Virus record (IMG/VR): IMGVR_UViG_3300017989_000014
Coordinates: 1-60,867 of that record
Origin: a virus
Taxonomy: Duplodnaviria > Caudoviricetes
Direction: 5' to 3' (one strand)
Length of the DNA stretch: 60,867 nucleotides
In this document: positions 32,967 to 42,247 of the stretch, piece after piece
How the letters are laid out: each line of letters opens with the position of its first letter
Numbering within the stretch: the stretch's first letter is position 1
Notes under the pieces: generated by a model
The model's input: the letters and a program-made list of their open reading frames with translations, nothing else
Told to the model about the DNA's origin: nothing
Databases searched by the model: none
Program-made: the position numbers and the translations under genes

Positions 32967-33723
32967 GTGGACACTCCATCGTTACAACGTCAACGTGGTG
33001 CTGGTGAAGGTGCCACGCCCGGTTCAACCCATGCCAAATCCACATCGGGCATGTTTCGTCTGCGCAGAGCTTCAGCCCCAGTAGCATCGAGTGTTTCCAT
33101 ATCGGATCTGCGACGAGATGGGCAACGAACTCGCAGCACGTCTTCTTCAGCGGGCTCTTGCTCTTGAGGGGCATCCCGCGTCCCCACAGCAGGAAGAAAA
33201 GGTTGTGGACGAGCTGCACGGACGCATACTCCGTTGTGCCGGTCTCGCTCATCGCGACATCAAGCGCATGCTGCGCTTGCCCTGGCCACGGCGGTACCCT
33301 CCGGATTGCCAACCTCCGGCCAGTTTCATGGCAGTAGTGGACTTGCTCGCCGTCGGCATTCTTCGCCCGGGCCCAGTCAATCAGCTCGCCAATCGGGATT
33401 GGCCCGCGCACGCCGCGATGCCCGGTGATCGGGTCCTTCTTCATCCAGCTCTCGAAGTAGTAGCTGCCAGCCTCGATCTCCACGCCGTTTACGACCACGT
33501 CCTGGTAGATGTCGAAGATCACCCCGACATGGCTGAAGCGATGAGAGATCCCGTCACCGGAAACCCACGGGGCCTCTGGCAGCAGTTGCTCTTTGCCCTT
33601 CTTCTTCAGCGCCGTAGATTTGCGCTTCAATATCTCCTGCGCAATCGAGATAGAACCTGACGTCAATCCAGGCTGAGACGTCCAGAAGAGCCTCATCTCG
33701 ACATGCGTGTCCTTGGGAGTCAT
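32959..33723 (-). CDS. Permuted papain-like (YiiX/YebB-type NlpC/P60) amidase
   Basis: FSHVGV...YYFES upstream of KTCCEFVA (His before Cys). Confidence 0.6.
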   Translation of the reverse strand: MTPKDTHVEMRLFWTSQPGLTSGSISIAQEILKRKSTALKKKGKEQLLPEAPWVSGDGISHRFSHVGVIFDIYQDVVVNGVEIEAGSYYFESWMKKDPITGHRGVRGPIPIGELIDWARAKNADGEQVHYCHETGRRLAIRRVPPWPGQAQHALDVAMSETGTTEYASVQLVHNLFFLLWGRGMPLKSKSPLKKTCCEFVAHLVADPIWKHSMLLGLKLCADETCPMWIWHGLNRAWHLHQHHVDVVTMECPRV

Positions 33724-34154
33724 GGCAGTATCGGGCCTTTCGCAATCTCGTGGATGAGTTTAACGATTCCCCCGACGATCACAGCGACCGTCCCTACGAT
33801 AATCATCACGGCCGAAGCCCGCTTGACGAAATTATTCGCCTCAGCCATCCAGTCGACATCCCTCCTCGGGCGATTGGAGTTCGCAGGATTCGTAGCTACA
33901 GCGGCACGGATAACTCCGATTTCCTCTGAATTCGCTCCAGTCTGCTTTTCGACACGCTCGAAACGCTCGTCACAGTGAGCACGATGACTCTTTGTCTCTG
34001 CCGCAATTACCGCCAGCTTCTTGTCAAATTCCGCATCGGCCTTCTGCTGCGCCTCATGGTTCGCTTGACCTTCTTTCCTGGTCTCTCGGACCTCCGTCAA
34101 GATCGTGTTGAACAGCAGCTTCGTGGAATCATCAAGGCCGTCAGTTGCACTCAT
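33720..34154 (-). CDS. Coiled-coil protein with C-terminal transmembrane helix (holin-like)
   Basis: H...C.ERF..VE coil and AVMIIVGTVAVIVGGIV. Confidence 0.5.
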   Translation of the reverse strand: MSATDGLDDSTKLLFNTILTEVRETRKEGQANHEAQQKADAEFDKKLAVIAAETKSHRAHCDERFERVEKQTGANSEEIGVIRAAVATNPANSNRPRRDVDWMAEANNFVKRASAVMIIVGTVAVIVGGIVKLIHEIAKGPILP

Positions 34155-34591
34155 GCGTCATATACCTCATCGATCCGCCCATCGAATTTGCACTCCAGCA
34201 AGAACGTACGTTCAGCTTCGCTCTGGATGGCGTGGCGCTGCTGGCCGAACTGGTCCGCCCACCACCAACCATCCTCTTCCCACATCACCCCAGTGTGACC
34301 CGTATACGTCTTCACCACACCTTGAGAAGTCTCTACCACCACTGTCGGCTCCAGCGGTACGACGTGAACCACTTTCGCCGGGATACCGAGCCGGCCGAAC
34401 ACTTCGCACAAGGCGTCACGATAGGCCCAGCACCGGTCTGCGGTACGGCCCTGGCTAGACCACACAGGCCACGCCTTCTCACGCAGGAGCGCGGCAGCGT
34501 GTGCACCCGTTTCGGCTTCCTTGACTACGTCGGCAATCGACCAGCCGTTAAAGAACCGTCGGAACCAGGTTTTCAGTGACTCCCACATCAC
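34151..34591 (-). CDS. Transglutaminase-like Cys protease fold protein
   Basis: RCWAYRDAL...GIPAKVV...GHTGV...WWWAD (Cys-His-Asp order). Confidence 0.55.
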   Translation of the reverse strand: MMWESLKTWFRRFFNGWSIADVVKEAETGAHAAALLREKAWPVWSSQGRTADRCWAYRDALCEVFGRLGIPAKVVHVVPLEPTVVVETSQGVVKTYTGHTGVMWEEDGWWWADQFGQQRHAIQSEAERTFLLECKFDGRIDEVYDA

Positions 34592-35223
34592 GTACCACCA
34601 TTTGCTTCCAGGTATTCGCGGATGGCCCTGATGTCATCCTCGTCCAGCGCCATATCGTCGAGCATGTTGAACAGGGACAGGCTTATCAGCAGGTTGAACT
34701 TACCTGCCGCGTCCAGGGTGTCGTTGTCCACCTGCTCCAGCAGGCTTGCTTTGACCCCGTTGAATGTCCACGGCGGGGTGAACCCGAGCGCGATCAGGTG
34801 ACGGCGCAGGAGCTTGACGCAGATAGCGATGGATGGGTCAGCGGCATACGCAGCAATCTGCGCTTCCCTCGCTGCAATAGCAGCAGCCTCCGCCTCGGCA
34901 GCGGCAGCGGCAGCAGCGGCATCCTCGTCAGCGATGCTGACGGTGTCCGTGATGGCGATAGCAGCCGTACCATTGCTGAGTACCCATGCTGTGGACACCA
35001 CACGATACCCATCGGCAGGCTGATGCCGTACCACCGTATACCAGCCGGGAGCCGGGTTATCCACCGTGTAGCCTGTCGTCTCTCCCTGACTACGTGGCGG
35101 GATGCGTGGGTAGTCCTCGGCAATGGGGAGGAGGACAGGTTCTGGCTCACCGTCAGGCCAGTACACCCAGTCGGCTGCAGCTACGGAAAGCGTCATTGCC
35201 AGTAGTGCGAGCAGGTACTTCAT
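34588..35223 (-). CDS. Signal-peptide protein, tail-assembly-like
   Basis: MKYLLALLAMTLSVAAA followed by D; poly-Ala helix. Confidence 0.65.
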   Translation of the reverse strand: MKYLLALLAMTLSVAAADWVYWPDGEPEPVLLPIAEDYPRIPPRSQGETTGYTVDNPAPGWYTVVRHQPADGYRVVSTAWVLSNGTAAIAITDTVSIADEDAAAAAAAAEAEAAAIAAREAQIAAYAADPSIAICVKLLRRHLIALGFTPPWTFNGVKASLLEQVDNDTLDAAGKFNLLISLSLFNMLDDMALDEDDIRAIREYLEANGGT

Positions 35224-35232
35224 CGGTTCTCC

Positions 35233-36390
35233 TTAGTCCACTGTGTAGGTGATGAGCGTGTCACGGAGGTTGTCATCCATCATCGTGATGAACGAGTTGC
35301 TGTAGATATTCCCTGTATACCAGCACTCGTCGATGCTGTACGGAGTGGTGGCTTCTCCGTTGTTGTTGGCTATGTAGACAGGAAGGTTGTTCGTCTCCAT
35401 CGATTGAGAATCGGTGTTGGTGTCATCTGACGTCCCGTTGAGCCACACTTCCGCAGCATACGCAGTGCCGTTAGACCTATAGGAACAAGCTCCGTATAGC
35501 CACACCTCATTGCCAACGGTGTCTGAGTCTTGTACGAGGTAATCGTTTGCGTTTGCCAATACCGCAGTACGCAGCCTGTCTGTCCCGCTTACATCACGCT
35601 GCGTCAATAGCCATTCGCTGTTGTCGTTGCTGCCTTCCCACTTATCGATCATGCGGATGGAGCCGTTAGGGTCGCTATCGAAATATACACACCCTATAGC
35701 CAGCACTCCGTCAGCACCCGAATGAATCGCAGGGTCAGCCACAGACACGTACTGGCTCTCCGTATCCGTGAAATGACTCGCAGTATTCTCGCAACCCTCG
35801 ATGCCATTGGTCAGCGTCACGTTCGCACTGCCACCTACGCACGTCTGTCGGTTCACTGTACTGTCGAACTGCGTCACGGTATTGAAGCCCATGTGGTAAA
35901 CGCTGATCCACTCGGTCCACACGTTGGTGGCTACGTCAGAGTGCAGCCCGCCGAGATTGCTGTTATCATCACCGCTCGCGTTCCATGACAGAGACAACAC
36001 TGTATCTGTAGCGTTGCTGATCGACTGCACACCAACCCACATGCCAGCACACTCCTCCGTCGCGTTGTAGTACTCCATCTCAATAGGGAGACTCGTACCA
36101 TCCTGCGTGACCGAGAGCTTATTGCTGTTCTCGCCAAGATCGTCGAATACCACGGTGACATCGGTACCGCTGATGCCTACGCTCGTACCCAAACACACCC
36201 GTATAGGAATCACGCCAGTCTGGTCTAACGATATGAGGTCGCTGTCCAGCGTCAGCGTCAGGCTCCCGCTACCACCGGGTGTAGCCTCCTCCGCAATCGC
36301 CTGACCGGCGATAATCTTACGCAACCCGCTTCGCGCCTGCCCGTAGGCAATACCAGCAATCAACAGCAGTACCAGCGTCAGTTTCCTCAT
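35233..36390 (-). CDS. Signal-peptide protein with DUF2341-like and LamG/concanavalin-like domains
   Basis: MRKLTLVLLLIAGIAYG followed by Q; LPIEMEYY...WV.V..IS...DT, VW.....VYHM...DST, IDE strand. Confidence 0.65.
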   Translation of the reverse strand: MRKLTLVLLLIAGIAYGQARSGLRKIIAGQAIAEEATPGGSGSLTLTLDSDLISLDQTGVIPIRVCLGTSVGISGTDVTVVFDDLGENSNKLSVTQDGTSLPIEMEYYNATEECAGMWVGVQSISNATDTVLSLSWNASGDDNSNLGGLHSDVATNVWTEWISVYHMGFNTVTQFDSTVNRQTCVGGSANVTLTNGIEGCENTASHFTDTESQYVSVADPAIHSGADGVLAIGCVYFDSDPNGSIRMIDKWEGSNDNSEWLLTQRDVSGTDRLRTAVLANANDYLVQDSDTVGNEVWLYGACSYRSNGTAYAAEVWLNGTSDDTNTDSQSMETNNLPVYIANNNGEATTPYSIDECWYTGNIYSNSFITMMDDNLRDTLITYTVD

Positions 36391-39300
36391 GGGCTCACCT
36401 GATTGATGTACCAGTTCGTCTCACCGAACTCGCTCCAGATAGCAATCGTGCTGTAGTAAGCGTTCGACAGGCTGATGCCACGGTAGGCATCGTTCGTCTG
36501 GAACGTCGTGCCGAGGCCAGTCCACGTCACCGTGTTGCTCGCACGCAATCCGAACCAGATCTCCTGCTGCTCGCCAGTGTTCCCAGGCTCGATGGCAATG
36601 GTCACTACGCCAGTGGCGAAATGCGCCTGCCACAGCCCGTTCGTCGGGTCTAGCGTGATGCTCGCCGCTGCCGCGATTTCATACGGTGCGTGACCTGCCT
36701 GATCGTACATATTGTCCAGCGCCGTCACCTGCGTCTGGAGCGCACTCGTCGAGGTGTTCAGCGTCGTGATGCCGTTGGTTGCCGTGAACAGGTTGCTCAA
36801 CTCGTCGGCTACGTTCGTGCTCCCTGCCAGGAGCGTGTCACTCTCTACCCTTGCGAAATCGCCTGTCGTGGCAGCAACCCTATCACCATTGGCCGTGTTG
36901 TATGTTATGTCACCAGTGAAACTGATCGTGCCGCTCTGGAACTCATGGGCCAACCCGTTTACGATGAGGTTCGTCTTCACGGTCACCTGCGACTCGCTCG
37001 CGTTGAGCCCGTCACCCGTGAACCCGCCACTGAAGCTCGGCGTCTGCGGGAAGTCCACGTTACCACTGATCTGCGCAGCCTCGAAATGGTCAACGTTCGT
37101 GATGTTGTTTCCGGTCATGTCCAGCGCCCCAGACATCGAGCCACCGTTCACATTTACATAGTCGCCAGTCGCGCCGTTCAGGATACCGATAGCCTGCATC
37201 ACATTGGTGCCGTAAATGTTGGGGTCAGCGTCGAAGTGCCACTCGGCACTCACGGTATTCGTGGTTGTCCATGTGTTGCCCAGTCCAACGTAGGCGTAGT
37301 CATTTGTCTGCCCTTCCAGCCCGCTCACCGTGGTCTGCAACGCTGCCGTGCTGGTATTGAGTGTACCGATTGCAGAAGCAATGTTGGTGCCATGAACGTC
37401 GATACCTGTCTCGGCGTCCAGTTCGATGTACCTGCTCGGGGCATCCTCGCCTGCTACGTCGTACAGGTACATCTCACCAGCCCGATTAGCATTGAGACCG
37501 ACTGTCCAGTGGTTTGTCGTTGTGTCTACGCTGAAACCTTCTACCGCAGATGTGTCATCGTACATCTCGATGCGTAGATCGGACTGGTTCGTGATTACGA
37601 GGTCAGCAGTATCGCCGCTCATGACAAGGTCGCCGGTCATCGTATCGCCAGCCTTCGCAACTTTCGCATCCACCTGTGTCTGCAACGCTGCCGTGCTGGT
37701 GTTGAGCGGGTCGATCCAGTCGCCCTTCAAGTCGTTGGTCGCACCGTCCACATACGCCTTCGACGCATAGATGCCAGCCTGCTCCAGATTCGGCGTGTCG
37801 AGGTGGGTACTGTAAGCCTCGGTACCGCCCTGCACGTACAGGTCAGCCGATACACCGCCGCTGCGGAGCGCGTAGTAGGCTACACCGAGGTAGCTCGTCG
37901 CCGTGACGGTGATGTTCGTCTCCAGATAGATCGAGTCGTCGTATTCTGTGAGCGCAGAACTCAGTAGCCTGATGGTGCTGCGCTTGATCTCGTTGCTCGA
38001 TCCTGTCGTACCGTATACGAGCGCAACCTGCCCGCTGATCGTCGGCCCGCCAATACTGTCGTAGCCAATCCAGTAGTCCATGTTGTAGAGCCCCGCCGGG
38101 ATAGTGACGTTCGCTCCTACTGCGTTCGTCCAGTACCAGTAGCCGATGAGGTTCGTGCCTGTGGAGAGCGCGTTCGTCACAGCCCACAACCCTGCCGCTG
38201 GCAGACTACCTTCCAGTGCCGATGCGCCAGTGATGACAGGATGCGCGTTCGTCGTGCCGAATAGGCGCAAGGACGAGAACTGGCCGAACAAGTCGATGAC
38301 ATCACCGTACCGCATTGCATCGTCGAGATCATACGGAGCACCCTCTTCCAGATGCACCTCGTCGGCGTAGAGCGTCGCAACGTTCGTGATGATGTTCGCG
38401 CCCATATTGACATCGCCTGCAAAAGTATCGCCGTTGATGTTTGCGTAGTCGTTCGTCTGGCTAATCAGTTGCACCGCGTCATTAGTTGCCTGATCCCAAT
38501 CGAGACTGCGCTGGCCGTACAGGTCGGCTGCGGCAGGCGCATGCTCAAGATGGATCTTGACCTGACCCTCGGTCGCATGCACGTACTCTACAATACCAAT
38601 GTGCTCGGCATACTCGCCGCTCGCACCGTCAGGTGCCACGTTCGTGATGACACCCGCCTCGGTCGGATGGAGGTACAGCTTATCGCCTACAGCCCAGTTG
38701 CTCGTATCAATGTCATGAACCGCACCGGCCACCGTGACGTAACCGAACTGGTTATTCGCGATGTTACTGCTGGTCACCAGCCCGTATACTGTCGCGTTCG
38801 TTACTGCATCACCAACCGCCAACTGTACTTCTGGCGCATGGGCAGCACCGCCAGAGATCCGTACCGCCATACCGTTAGTGAGCGTGTCGCCATTCGTGTT
38901 CTTCACACGCCTGACAAGCTCCTGCCCAATCTGCACAGTCACGTCGGCATCGTCGTTGTAGTAGGCAAACGCATGGTGGTCAGGATCGTAGAACATGGTG
39001 CCTTCTTCGTGTGTCGGATCAGATCCGATCAAGTTGAATATGATCCTGCCGTCACCGTTTATCTCTACGCCCTGTGTCCCGTTCGTATCGTTGACAGTGA
39101 TCTTGCCACCCTGCGCTCCGCTATCGGAACCGATGAACACTACCGCATCAGCAGTCTCGTCGTTTAGGACGCGCATGGCAGTCTCGTCGGCAGGAATCAT
39201 CACGTCGATCTGCGTCGTGTTCGTCACGAATATGCGCCCGCCACTCACCTCGATGCCGTCCTCGAAATAGTTGGTGGTTGCCCATTTGTTCAAGTCGTTC

Positions 39301-41768
39301 GTGCTCACACCGGAGATCCCGGCGATCTCCTCCATGACGTTCGTCCCGCCTACGAGGATGTCCGTGTTGAAGTACACTGTGTTATCGAACTCGTTCGACG
39401 GGCCGGTGAAGTGGTTGTACGCCGCTAGGTTCACGCTGCCGGTCGGGCTAAGTGCGTCGATCTGCACCTGCAAGGCGTTCGTGCCGGTCACCAGTTCATC
39501 CAGGCGCGTGGTCACGTTCGTGGTGCCAACAATAAGCTCATTCGTGACAACGACATTGCCGTCTGCCTGCAACACCATGATCGTGTCGTTCGCCGTCTTG
39601 AAGTAAATGTTGCCAGTCTCGTTATCCGAATCCGAGATACCGAAGTTTACGTCGCTGTTGCCGTAGGTGAACGCGAACACATCGTTCCCGGTCTGGTCAA
39701 GGAAGGCGATGGCGAAGTCCGCAGCACCGTTGGTGTCGCTGCTGTCGTACATATACAACTGCGGGAAAGCGTCCACTATCGACAGATCCTCGGTAGGATT
39801 GTTCGTGCCGATACCGACATCACCAGATCCGTCTACATACAAGCCCTCGTTCACGTTCTCGTCACCGTTGATCCAGTTACCGTTCAGGTTAATGAGCCCC
39901 TGCATCAACAGTTCGCCAGCGTTCACCATGCCGCTGAACTCACCACCAACCATGTTCGTCACATCACCAACCGTCTGGCCGTCGATGTCACCGAAGATCG
40001 TGATCGTCCCGGCACCGGCGATGTTGCCAACGTTCATGTTCAGGTTGGCTGTTGCAGCACCACCCTTGAAGGTCACGTCGTTGGAGAATATCGTATCACC
40101 GAAGAACGTGTTCGTGCTCGCGGCAGTGAACACGTTGGGCTGGTTCGTGTAGACCTCTGTCCCGCCAGCGAGCGTCAGCAGGTTCGTGGTCCCTGCATAA
40201 ATCGAACCGCCAACGTTCAGCTCTCCGGTGAAGTGGCCGTCGATGAAGTTCGTGACATTCGCGCTCGACTCACCGTCCACCTCTACACCAACGCCGACCG
40301 TCTCCGTATCAACAAGGTTGGCCCATATCGTGGCGTCCGTTGCGTCGATATTCCCGACATCAACGATGACCCCACCAACGACGTGCAGGTTGTCCTGCGG
40401 ATCGTTTGTGCCGATACCCACGTTGCCGTTGTACAGGGTCGTAGTGTTGAACGTGTTCGTAGCAGTGAACGTCTGGTTGCTCGCCAGGAAGGCAGTACCA
40501 CTCGCGCCGGGGATCGCCGTGATCTGGGTCTGTAGCGCGTTCGTGGACGCAACCCACACCTCGTAGTCCATCAGGTCGCCCGAGTTGACAGAGGGGCCTG
40601 CCCAGCGGTCGCGCCACACCTGCATCTCGTCGGGCTCTCCCACTACGCACTCGTATCGGAAGTCGTCAGACCATGCGATACCCTCTCCCTGCGTGAAAGC
40701 ATTCGTCTGTCGCTGGAGGATGTTGCCAGTCACCGGGTCGAACTCGAACACGAGAGGCGTAGCATCGCTGATGCAGAAGAACCGCCCGTCAACGATCTCG
40801 ATGTCGGATAGGTCATCTACGACATTCGACCACACCGCCTCTGCGTCGAACGGCTCGGTCATCGTGAGCTTGTTGCTGGCTGCTACGAGTCCGATCTCGA
40901 AGAACCGCATCGCGTTATCGCCAGGGTCCTCGCCCTCTTGCACGCCGTACCACTTGTCGGCGTTCTCGTCGTAGGCAATACCTTCAAGGCCGTCGGTCGC
41001 GTTGCTGGGTGCGTTCTGGTCAAAGGTCCACTGGGTGAAGTCAGCATCGTCGATGGTCGTCGTGTTCGTATCGATCCCGATGAAGTAGATGCCCTGCGGA
41101 ACTCCGCTGTCGTCGTATCCGCCCTCTTCGCAGATCGCGAAGTTCGTGCCACCGTACCACTCGATGCCTTCCAGGTCCTTGAACCCAGTCAGCGTTACGC
41201 GCTGCTGCAAGGTGTTGTCCGGCTCGAATCGGTGCGCGTAGACGTACTTCGTCTGGTTGAAGTTGTTCTCCATCCACCAGAACATTCTCCTGTTCTGGTC
41301 CCAGGTCACGGCACCAACGTTATCGATCTCCGGGTCAGCCGCGTAATCTGAGGCGTTGACGATGTCTTCGAGGTCGTTCGTGAGGTAGGCATCGCCCATC
41401 GTCTCCAGGGTGTAGCGATTCCCGGTGGCTCGGACCCACGTGCCTGCACCAGTAACGTCGTTGGTGCAGACCCACTGGTAATTGCGCTCTGACCCGTCCA
41501 CAAACCGGATGATCGAGTTCGTGACCACGAACGGGCCATTCGTAAACCCGACTTCTCCATCCACGTACAGCTTGCCGTGTACAATACCCCCGTCCCAGGT
41601 CGATACGAGGCTGTCGCGGTGGTCCTTCGGCGAGATGTCCTGCGTTACGTTATCCTGTAGCAGCGTCAGCGTAGTGTCGCGATCACGGATCGTGGCATTT
41701 GTCTGCCCGTAGGCTGAGCCAACAACCAGCCACAGGGCGAGAGCGGTCATAAAAATACGGCTGGCCAT
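36387..41768 (-). CDS. Large signal-peptide tail fibre/adhesin (1793 aa) with SdiA-regulated/YjiK-like propeller and fibre repeats
   Basis: MASRIFMTALALWLVVGSAYG followed by Q; DLEGI, GLEGIAYD, DLSDI, QGEGIA blades; GNVGIGT..P, KAGDTMTG and LNTST.ALQ repeats. Confidence 0.75.
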   Translation of the reverse strand: MASRIFMTALALWLVVGSAYGQTNATIRDRDTTLTLLQDNVTQDISPKDHRDSLVSTWDGGIVHGKLYVDGEVGFTNGPFVVTNSIIRFVDGSERNYQWVCTNDVTGAGTWVRATGNRYTLETMGDAYLTNDLEDIVNASDYAADPEIDNVGAVTWDQNRRMFWWMENNFNQTKYVYAHRFEPDNTLQQRVTLTGFKDLEGIEWYGGTNFAICEEGGYDDSGVPQGIYFIGIDTNTTTIDDADFTQWTFDQNAPSNATDGLEGIAYDENADKWYGVQEGEDPGDNAMRFFEIGLVAASNKLTMTEPFDAEAVWSNVVDDLSDIEIVDGRFFCISDATPLVFEFDPVTGNILQRQTNAFTQGEGIAWSDDFRYECVVGEPDEMQVWRDRWAGPSVNSGDLMDYEVWVASTNALQTQITAIPGASGTAFLASNQTFTATNTFNTTTLYNGNVGIGTNDPQDNLHVVGGVIVDVGNIDATDATIWANLVDTETVGVGVEVDGESSANVTNFIDGHFTGELNVGGSIYAGTTNLLTLAGGTEVYTNQPNVFTAASTNTFFGDTIFSNDVTFKGGAATANLNMNVGNIAGAGTITIFGDIDGQTVGDVTNMVGGEFSGMVNAGELLMQGLINLNGNWINGDENVNEGLYVDGSGDVGIGTNNPTEDLSIVDAFPQLYMYDSSDTNGAADFAIAFLDQTGNDVFAFTYGNSDVNFGISDSDNETGNIYFKTANDTIMVLQADGNVVVTNELIVGTTNVTTRLDELVTGTNALQVQIDALSPTGSVNLAAYNHFTGPSNEFDNTVYFNTDILVGGTNVMEEIAGISGVSTNDLNKWATTNYFEDGIEVSGGRIFVTNTTQIDVMIPADETAMRVLNDETADAVVFIGSDSGAQGGKITVNDTNGTQGVEINGDGRIIFNLIGSDPTHEEGTMFYDPDHHAFAYYNDDADVTVQIGQELVRRVKNTNGDTLTNGMAVRISGGAAHAPEVQLAVGDAVTNATVYGLVTSSNIANNQFGYVTVAGAVHDIDTSNWAVGDKLYLHPTEAGVITNVAPDGASGEYAEHIGIVEYVHATEGQVKIHLEHAPAAADLYGQRSLDWDQATNDAVQLISQTNDYANINGDTFAGDVNMGANIITNVATLYADEVHLEEGAPYDLDDAMRYGDVIDLFGQFSSLRLFGTTNAHPVITGASALEGSLPAAGLWAVTNALSTGTNLIGYWYWTNAVGANVTIPAGLYNMDYWIGYDSIGGPTISGQVALVYGTTGSSNEIKRSTIRLLSSALTEYDDSIYLETNITVTATSYLGVAYYALRSGGVSADLYVQGGTEAYSTHLDTPNLEQAGIYASKAYVDGATNDLKGDWIDPLNTSTAALQTQVDAKVAKAGDTMTGDLVMSGDTADLVITNQSDLRIEMYDDTSAVEGFSVDTTTNHWTVGLNANRAGEMYLYDVAGEDAPSRYIELDAETGIDVHGTNIASAIGTLNTSTAALQTTVSGLEGQTNDYAYVGLGNTWTTTNTVSAEWHFDADPNIYGTNVMQAIGILNGATGDYVNVNGGSMSGALDMTGNNITNVDHFEAAQISGNVDFPQTPSFSGGFTGDGLNASESQVTVKTNLIVNGLAHEFQSGTISFTGDITYNTANGDRVAATTGDFARVESDTLLAGSTNVADELSNLFTATNGITTLNTSTSALQTQVTALDNMYDQAGHAPYEIAAAASITLDPTNGLWQAHFATGVVTIAIEPGNTGEQQEIWFGLRASNTVTWTGLGTTFQTNDAYRGISLSNAYYSTIAIWSEFGETNWYINQVSP

Positions 41769-41778
41769 TTGGTTCTCC

Positions 41779-42243
41779 TTACTGCTCCGCAGGCAAGACT
41801 CCGTTGTCGGTCAGGACCTCTTTCCAGTCATCGCCGGTCTGGAGGATGAATGATGCCTTGTCCACGCGGCCGGTGATCGCGTTGCGGCGTGCCTGTAACT
41901 TCGCCTTGTTTGCGTCCCACCACATCTGAAAATGCGCGTTGCTCAACCGTCGGGCACCGGTACGCCCGAGCCACTTCGCGCAGAAGTGCTTCGTGTAGAA
42001 CACGGCGTAGTAGACAACCGTGTTCGTGTCAGCAGCGAGGCTCCCCTCCTGGTAGTACTTCCACGGGTCGTTGTCCAACGTCTCGCTCGTTTTGAGGAGC
42101 GAACGCAGGCCGGTCTTCAGCTTCGTTCGCGTCGCGGCGTCAAGGTCGTCCTTCTGGATGCCGACTACCACGTACTTCGGGAATGCCAGGACCGAGACCA
42201 CTGCCAGAATCCAAATCAGGAATGCCATCTTCTTCATCGTCAT
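41779..42243 (-). CDS. Signal-peptide hypothetical protein
   Basis: (MT)MKKMAFLIWILAVVSVLA followed by F; AAGGAG SD. Confidence 0.65.
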   Translation of the reverse strand: MTMKKMAFLIWILAVVSVLAFPKYVVVGIQKDDLDAATRTKLKTGLRSLLKTSETLDNDPWKYYQEGSLAADTNTVVYYAVFYTKHFCAKWLGRTGARRLSNAHFQMWWDANKAKLQARRNAITGRVDKASFILQTGDDWKEVLTDNGVLPAEQ

Positions 42244-42247
42244 CTCC

